A DNA stretch of 64,000 bases from IMG/VR virus record IMGVR_UViG_3300036766_002285; one strand, 5' to 3'. This document shows, in pieces, positions 57,592 to 64,000 of this stretch. The notes under the pieces are model-generated. The model saw only the letters and a list, made by a program, of their open reading frames with translations. It searched no databases and was not told the DNA's origin. The stretch's first letter is position 1; every line of letters starts with the position of its first letter. The stretch comes from an uncultured virus (IMG/VR IMGVR_UViG_3300036766_002285) (taxonomy: Duplodnaviria > Heunggongvirae > Uroviricota > Caudoviricetes). Both the position numbers and the translations under genes were made by a program.

Positions 57592-58875
57592 ATGGAAGTT
57601 AAAATTGCCCATTTCTCCGATAGTCATATAGGCTATGAAGCGTATAAAGCACTATCGGTCAGTGGAGAAAACCAACGTACTCAAGATATAGTTAAAGCTT
57701 TCGCTAACGTGGTTTCTGACATTATTGCTTCCGATCCGCCTTTAGTTCTTCATTCTGGTGACTTGGCGGACCGTACGGTAATTTCTTTTAGATTAATGTT
57801 GATGATTAGAGCTCAAATAATTAAACTAACCGCAATCAGACCAGACGGATCCCGGCGACAGCTAGTAATAATAGCGGGAAACCACGAATTATCTCGCAAT
57901 AGAAAAGAAGCCTGTTACCTGCACCTATTTGACGGGTTACCTGGGGTACATATTGTTACTAATGAATATAAACAAGTTTCTTTCACAGATCCTGACGCAT
58001 CTAAAGATTTAGAAAATGTTATTGTGCACTGTTTGCCTCATGATATTTTGAAAAGTGTAGATTTCGATTCAGTACAGCCTATTGTGGGAAAATATAATGT
58101 TTTGCTTGCACACGGGGTTGCTGGGGGATCTGAGCTTTACGTGCGATCTTTAGGTCGAGAATTTGCTATTCCAACTGACGTCTTAGCTAGAAATTGGAGT
58201 TATGGAGCACTCGGTCACTGGCATAAACAAGGTCCTATCAATTTGTTTGCGAAAGCAACTCAAGCAGTCGACGTTGGATCTATCTGGTATGCCGGGTCTG
58301 CTGAAAATATGGGATTTGGAGATTTACGCGAAAACGGACTTAAGCGTGGTTGGCTGCATGTGACACTACAAGACACAGGCCACCCAAAAGTTGAAAGGCG
58401 AATACTACCTATCAGAAACATGTTTAGGCTACCTATAATAGACGGAGCAGAACTAAATCCAGATGAGCTTCATAGTTTACTTCTAGCACGCTTGCGATCT
58501 CAAGATATTCAAGGTGCAGTGGTGGGTCAAATTGTTGAAAACGTTCCTCGTGATATCTGGTCTTTAGTAAACATGGTAGACGTTAAAATAGCTGCAGCCG
58601 GCGCACTCTATTATGATGTTGTAGTTAGACCATATAAAAGCACTAATTCTCTAGTGCTTGCCCAGTCCGGCAAAAACTCTCTAGGTGATATTCAAGATGT
58701 CTTACAAAAGTGTGCACTCGAGATTCTAGCTCCACACGAGAGGTCTGCTGGAATAACTATGGCACTAGAACTGTTGGATATAGAAGTAGAAAAATCTGTC
58801 AGCAGTGCAGACGCTAATACAGATCAAACAATCGAGCCTACTAGTGCGGACGTAATTGTTGGAGATAAGTCATGA
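57592..58875 (+). CDS. sbcD: SbcD/Mre11 nuclease
   Basis: SDSHIG, SGDL, GNHE, AHG, ALGHWH, YAGS; overlaps the sbcC start. Confidence 0.9.
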   Translation: MEVKIAHFSDSHIGYEAYKALSVSGENQRTQDIVKAFANVVSDIIASDPPLVLHSGDLADRTVISFRLMLMIRAQIIKLTAIRPDGSRRQLVIIAGNHELSRNRKEACYLHLFDGLPGVHIVTNEYKQVSFTDPDASKDLENVIVHCLPHDILKSVDFDSVQPIVGKYNVLLAHGVAGGSELYVRSLGREFAIPTDVLARNWSYGALGHWHKQGPINLFAKATQAVDVGSIWYAGSAENMGFGDLRENGLKRGWLHVTLQDTGHPKVERRILPIRNMFRLPIIDGAELNPDELHSLLLARLRSQDIQGAVVGQIVENVPRDIWSLVNMVDVKIAAAGALYYDVVVRPYKSTNSLVLAQSGKNSLGDIQDVLQKCALEILAPHERSAGITMALELLDIEVEKSVSSADANTDQTIEPTSADVIVGDKS

Positions 58876-61193
58876 TAAAATCTATCAAAGCTTCGAATTT
58901 CAGACGGCATAGCGATCTAGATTTAAGATTTGATGAAGATCATCAACTAATTTTAATATCTGGAGCTAACGGATCTGGGAAAAGTACAATATTAGAAGTA
59001 ATAATGTACGCGATGTTTGGTGAAGGACGTTACGGTCGACGTGGTTTAGATTCTTTAGTAAAAAGAGGTTGCGAACTAGAAGGTATGAACGTAGAGTTGG
59101 TATTTACTATGGGAGACGTGGTGTACCGTGTTCATCGTAGGCGCGATGGAAAAACTCCAACTGCAGTACTGTATGCTAATGATATTGCTCTAACTGAAGG
59201 AGTAATTCAGGTTTCTCGTGAAATAGGGTTGCTGCTTGGCATGGACTCAGCTGGTTTTAAGTTAGCTGTGATCGCTCAGCAAAAAGATCTCGACGGGCTA
59301 GCTTCACTGCGACCATCTGAGAGAAGCCAAATGGTATCTAGATTGCTGCGGCTAGACATAGTCACAGCAGCCAGGATAGCTGCCTCAACTAAATTTCGCT
59401 CGGAACGTGATATAGCTAAAGAAATACAAAGCGAAAATATAGAAGATCTAAAAGTAGAGCTACACACTTTAAATGATCTATATAAAACAAGTCAAACTGA
59501 GTTAGCTTCGGCAAAACAGGAAATTATCGATATTGACGCTAAGCTGGAAGCAACCACTACTGTTACTTCGGCCTGGCAGGATTGTATAAACAAAGTGGCT
59601 AAAATTGAAGGTGGAATGCTACAGCTAAAAACTTCTCGCGCACAGACAGCTCTGCAGCTTGAAGCTATTATAGTTCCAGAAGTACCAATCGAGCCTCAAA
59701 ATACATTCACTTTGACAGAATTAACAAATGAAATCAGTAGAGTCGAGCGAGAACTAACCCAAGCCGAAACAGCCCTAGATACAAAGCGCGCGCACGCAAC
59801 TGTAACAGAAGAGCTTGATCGGGTAAACTCTATCAAAGTCGAGCTTACCACTATAATAGAAGAATTAAAAGATGATAAATCCCAAGAACTAGAAGACCAA
59901 GTAGCTATACAACTAGAAAAAGTAAACAGCAGCGCAGCCGCCCAACAAATACAAAATAATGCTTGCATTAAAATCGCTAACATAATAGAAACCCTAGAAG
60001 AGCACCTTGCACATAGTAAAACTTTACAAGCTGAATGTGACTCGTGCGGACAAAGTATTTCAGACCAACATCGAGATAAACAAATAAATAATATCACACG
60101 AGAGCTAACAGACGCTAAAACAAACCAAACAAAGTTTATGGGCGAGCACGCTAAAGCTCAAGAGCAGAACATCGCCGCAAAAGCTATTTTGTCTGAACTA
60201 ACCAACGCTTTAGAGCGCGCCCGCGCAAATAAACTTAAATATGACAGAGCACTTTCGGATCTGGTTGATATACAGCGTAGAATTGCAAATTATCAAGCCC
60301 AAATCTCAAGACTTAAGGTAGTAGAGTACCCTACTGACGAACTTTATGCAAGAAAAGCTGAGCTCGTTTTATCTATATCTGCAGTTGATAGCCATACCCA
60401 ACTCGTTAAAGCTCAACTAGAAGCAAATACTAATATTAAACACCTAACAGCGCAGCTTGCCACCATTGATGCCGATATTGCAACAAACCTTATTGAATTG
60501 GTAGCCGCCCAACCAGACAGTGAGCTACAAAATAGCTACCAGGCAAGATGCGATGTCGTAAGTCGTCGCGAAGAAGAATTATTGCTAGTCACACATTGGG
60601 ATAAAGAATTGGCAGTTTTGAGCTCTACAATCGATGCGGTTGAAAAACGTATAGCAATGGCTACGGCAACCAATATACGCAGACAAACCCATCAAAATTT
60701 AGCAGTCGCAGCTCAAGCAGCGAGCCGGTTGTTAGACGCAACTTCCGACGTATTAGCAACCCAAATACGACCAAGTTTACAAGGTGCAGTGTCTGTTATA
60801 TTGGCAGCAATGTCTCAGGGGCGCTTTTCGGCAGTTAAAATTTCTGATGAATATGATATAACAGTGCAAGATGACGGCAAATTTCGCCCACTAACAGAGT
60901 TGTCGGGTGGCGAAATGGACCTTGTAGCTTTGTCTGTACGTCTGGCTCTTTCTCAAATAGTGTCAGAAAGACACGGATCTGGGGGAGCAGGATTTCTTAT
61001 ACTAGATGAATGCTTTGCAAGTCAAGACTCAAACCGTCGCAGATCCATTCTAGAGGCCTTACGAAATCTTAGAGATGTATATAGTCAGATATTTCTTATC
61101 AGCCATGTGGAAGACATGGAAGAATATGCAGATTGTGTTATTTCTTTAGCTGTAGACCAAGAAACCCAAGAAACGCTAATAACAGCAGGATGA
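58872..61193 (+). CDS. sbcC: SbcC/Rad50 SMC-like ATPase
   Basis: GANGSGKS, coiled coils with CDSC zinc hook, LSGGE signature, LILDE, ISH. Confidence 0.92.
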   Translation: MIKSIKASNFRRHSDLDLRFDEDHQLILISGANGSGKSTILEVIMYAMFGEGRYGRRGLDSLVKRGCELEGMNVELVFTMGDVVYRVHRRRDGKTPTAVLYANDIALTEGVIQVSREIGLLLGMDSAGFKLAVIAQQKDLDGLASLRPSERSQMVSRLLRLDIVTAARIAASTKFRSERDIAKEIQSENIEDLKVELHTLNDLYKTSQTELASAKQEIIDIDAKLEATTTVTSAWQDCINKVAKIEGGMLQLKTSRAQTALQLEAIIVPEVPIEPQNTFTLTELTNEISRVERELTQAETALDTKRAHATVTEELDRVNSIKVELTTIIEELKDDKSQELEDQVAIQLEKVNSSAAAQQIQNNACIKIANIIETLEEHLAHSKTLQAECDSCGQSISDQHRDKQINNITRELTDAKTNQTKFMGEHAKAQEQNIAAKAILSELTNALERARANKLKYDRALSDLVDIQRRIANYQAQISRLKVVEYPTDELYARKAELVLSISAVDSHTQLVKAQLEANTNIKHLTAQLATIDADIATNLIELVAAQPDSELQNSYQARCDVVSRREEELLLVTHWDKELAVLSSTIDAVEKRIAMATATNIRRQTHQNLAVAAQAASRLLDATSDVLATQIRPSLQGAVSVILAAMSQGRFSAVKISDEYDITVQDDGKFRPLTELSGGEMDLVALSVRLALSQIVSERHGSGGAGFLILDECFASQDSNRRRSILEALRNLRDVYSQIFLISHVEDMEEYADCVISLAVDQETQETLITAG

Positions 61194-61290
61194 CAATAAT
61201 GGCGCCGATACTAGAATATCCATACACTTATAAAATAACACAATTCACACTAGCCACACCATGTACAACATATGTGCCAGGAGACAATAA

Positions 61291-61659
61291 ATGATAGGTA
61301 ATACAGACCAAGGTTCACAATATCCCGACGAAGACGTCGATGCCTGGCTAGATGATATAGCATGCAAAGATCTTCCTATAGAAGCATTCTTTGTGCAAGC
61401 CGGCCATATTATCGATGAAGAAGTTTTAAACGTATGCAGAGGATGTCCAGTGCGCATTGAATGCATCACACATGCTTATGATAAAAAACTGAATATTATT
61501 GGAGGTTACTTCGGAGGAATGAGCCCAGGCCAAAGGCGTACCCCCGGCGGAATGACCTTAGAGCAGGCTATCGAATTTTGTAAAAATGATCCAATAAAAG
61601 TATTCAGCCCAACAGCACCAGATTCAGACCCTCAACTAGAACAAGTCATTTACGAGTGA
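61291..61659 (+). CDS. WhiB-family (Wbl) Fe-S transcription factor
   Basis: AC...FF...VCRGCPVRIEC...GYFGGMS. Confidence 0.88.
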   Translation: MIGNTDQGSQYPDEDVDAWLDDIACKDLPIEAFFVQAGHIIDEEVLNVCRGCPVRIECITHAYDKKLNIIGGYFGGMSPGQRRTPGGMTLEQAIEFCKNDPIKVFSPTAPDSDPQLEQVIYE

Positions 61660-61684
61660 GTTTCACCAATTAAGGAAAATAACT

Positions 61685-61936
61685 ATGACAGATACTCGCA
61701 TCACTTATCGCAGAAAAGACGGACAAGAGACATATCAAGACGAGGATACAACGTGTCACCATCTAAGAGTTGAATCATTGGACGATTTCGGCAACGAGGG
61801 GCATCACGGCGGACATCAATGGAACCATAAAGACCAGAAATGGGAATTAGTGCCGTTTACTATAGTTGAAGAAGTATGGCAATTAGTAAGTAGTCGTGAA
61901 TTGCATTTACCAGAAGATGAAGAGTACAACGGCTGA
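61685..61936 (+). CDS. Acidic hypothetical protein
   Basis: SD AAGGA, clean ORF. Confidence 0.6.
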   Translation: MTDTRITYRRKDGQETYQDEDTTCHHLRVESLDDFGNEGHHGGHQWNHKDQKWELVPFTIVEEVWQLVSSRELHLPEDEEYNG

Positions 61937-62076
61937 AACTATGGAAAGCTTCCTATTAAAAGCAATGGAAGTTTAGAATTAATTAACAAACAGTACTTTG
62001 CAATTAGCATTATTCTAAAATCAACTCGCCATGAGCCTCTCTGTTCAATAAATTAAACGGAGATTTCGGGAAAAAA

Positions 62077-63146
62077 TTAACCAACTTTGGCTAGTTCTTT
62101 ATAGTTCGAGGCCTGCACCAGGCCCAGCACTAGAGTGTTCATAGCCGCATTAATATCGCGATCATGAGTGATTCCACAATCACACGTCCAATGCCTTACT
62201 GTCATCATGTCCCAACCTGTAGGGCCTGTTAAGGCTCCACATGCAGAACATGTACGAGTGGAATTCTTTGAAGGAACTTCGATATAGCGCGTACCGCCGG
62301 CAAGGCTCTTGTATGCGAGTTGTTTACGAAGTTCCCCGTGACTTGCTGAAGCCACTGACTTTCCTAGCTTTTTTGCTATCTTTACATGGTTATCTTTAGA
62401 GAATGCTATTAAAGAATTTTCTTGTACCAACCGATAAGATGTCTTATGGTTACGATCTTTACGTTGGTTCTTGATCTTTTCACTAATCCGAGCTACTAGT
62501 TTAGTATTGCCACCACGTTGAGCTTGTCCTAGACGTATAGCAGAGTTCTCTAGTTCTTTTGGATGAGGAATCTTCTCCCCGGTAGATAAGGTTAGCAGGC
62601 TTATATATCCAGGGTCGATACCTATTTCACCAAAAACTTTACGCTCAATAGGAGCTCGATCCGCGTCAATAAATAAGCATAAATACCAACCGGAAGCGCG
62701 TTTTACTATTCTTCCACATTTAATTTTACCTACGGGAAGAGTTTGTTTATGAAAGCGTACTCGACCTATACCAGGCAGTTTAATATAGTTATCTTTTGGA
62801 GCACAGATAGGATCTGGAAATGGTATGGAACTAAGTTTACGACGATTACCTTTCAGTTTGGGTTTACCAGCAGATTTTTTGAAACAGCGATCCCAAGACA
62901 TATAGACAGTACTTAAAATACCACGAATAGTGTGACCCGAGATACCTATTTTTTACCGTGCCCTGCCAAAATATTAATAAAATCATAATGCGTATAATAG
63001 ATACCACATTTAGCATCCAATTCGATTTTACGAATTGCCCAATTATACACTCCGGTAAGTGAAAACAGCCAGGACTGTAGCTCTAATTCTTGGGCTGTTT
63101 TTAACCTGAGTTTAAGCTGGTATTGGAGCATAATAGTATACTGCAT
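62077..63146 (-). pseudogene. tnpB: TnpB-family nuclease split by a 1-nt frameshift at an A6 run (~62949-62954)
   Basis: N-part QLKLRL...VYNWA; adding one A gives GKKIGISGHTIRG... in frame with GIDPG, TRTCSAC, HDRDINAA; no tnpA adjacent. Confidence 0.85.
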
Positions 63147-63444
63147 ATTGTGCAGTATACTATTAGTTAGTCAAGATACCTTAGTCATTATTATGGTAAA
63201 TTTGATGGTTTAATTGCCAACAATCTCTTGTAAACACCATATAACATTACTACAATCTCAGACATAAAAAAGGGCCACAGTCACCGGTGTGGCAACTGCA
63301 GCCCTCTTTAATATTTTTAAATTTCTATGGAAGTTTTCAATAAGGCAATAAGCATATAATTTCACGTCTTACTTAAAACTAATGAAAATTACCAAGCTAT
63401 AATTGAATTAAAAACAACGCCTAAACGCGTTAGCGTTCTGATTT

Positions 63445-63975
63445 TTAATATAGCGCTAGTTGTAAATCCTCTAGTGCTTCGGGAATAATGCGAGCATCTG
63501 CTTGCGTTAGTCCGTCTATGGTGTCTAATAATAGAGTTAAAGTCCCAGTCCAGTTATCTGCAAAAGAAAAATAACTTTCCCATGCTATAATCATATTCGG
63601 GGCTTGACTATTACTAAAACCAAGACGTTTTACGAGATACGGAAAAACAGCTTGTGCAACCGAGGAATCACTAAGTGAAGTACCTATCTCCAAGTCATAA
63701 AAAGGCAAAATCTCTTCAAATAGCCAATCGAACTTTTCACAGGCTTCTATTAGCACATTTAGAACAGCAATTTCTGCAGTTGGTGTGTTACTATATCTCA
63801 GAAAATATTTAAGGGTATCTTTTGGATCCGCTAGTAACGAAGCTACTATACCAGGCCGTAGACCATTAACCATATTCTCTGAGTTTTGAATCCAGTATAT
63901 AGTAGAAGTGCTTGACCCGACCTGTAGGAGCTCTAAAAGCAAGGCGCTTTCTAGCTTATGCGTTAAATTGCTCAA
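63445..63975 (-). CDS. Hypothetical helical protein
   Basis: 176-aa ORF near the window edge; start uncertain. Confidence 0.55.
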   Translation of the reverse strand: MSNLTHKLESALLLELLQVGSSTSTIYWIQNSENMVNGLRPGIVASLLADPKDTLKYFLRYSNTPTAEIAVLNVLIEACEKFDWLFEEILPFYDLEIGTSLSDSSVAQAVFPYLVKRLGFSNSQAPNMIIAWESYFSFADNWTGTLTLLLDTIDGLTQADARIIPEALEDLQLALY

Positions 63976-64000
63976 AATCTCATAAACACTTACCGTCTTA

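Overview
AT-rich, gene-dense 64-kb segment. It most likely comes from a jumbo phage or other large extrachromosomal element of an actinobacterial host; this is inferred from a WhiB, actinobacterial-type IS607 TnpB, a SufB intein, a DUF1524 nuclease and leaderless genes. No virion genes, rRNA or ribosomal operons are seen, so the replicon type is not proven. About a third of the window is a family of ~34 divergent pentapeptide-repeat protein (PRP) genes in five arrays, a triplet and singletons. Most share an N-cap, a framework, one hypervariable loop at a fixed position and a C-terminal (T/A)xMPDGSIH tail; at 13 junctions the tail DNA also supplies the start codon (often with an SD) of the next gene. 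Host-like genes lie between the arrays: Fpg, NAD ligase, SbcCD, TrpRS, IF-3, FtsH, SufA, intein-containing SufB and WhiB. There is also a 1414-aa ORF fusing an unknown domain to CysRS and GluRS through a duplicated CysRS segment. Other elements: an atypical tRNA-Ile(UAU), a ~1-kb hairpin-rich non-coding region, a degenerate IS607 splitting a PRP gene, and two related decayed tnpB copies. All calls come from motif recognition by eye; no database searches were run.
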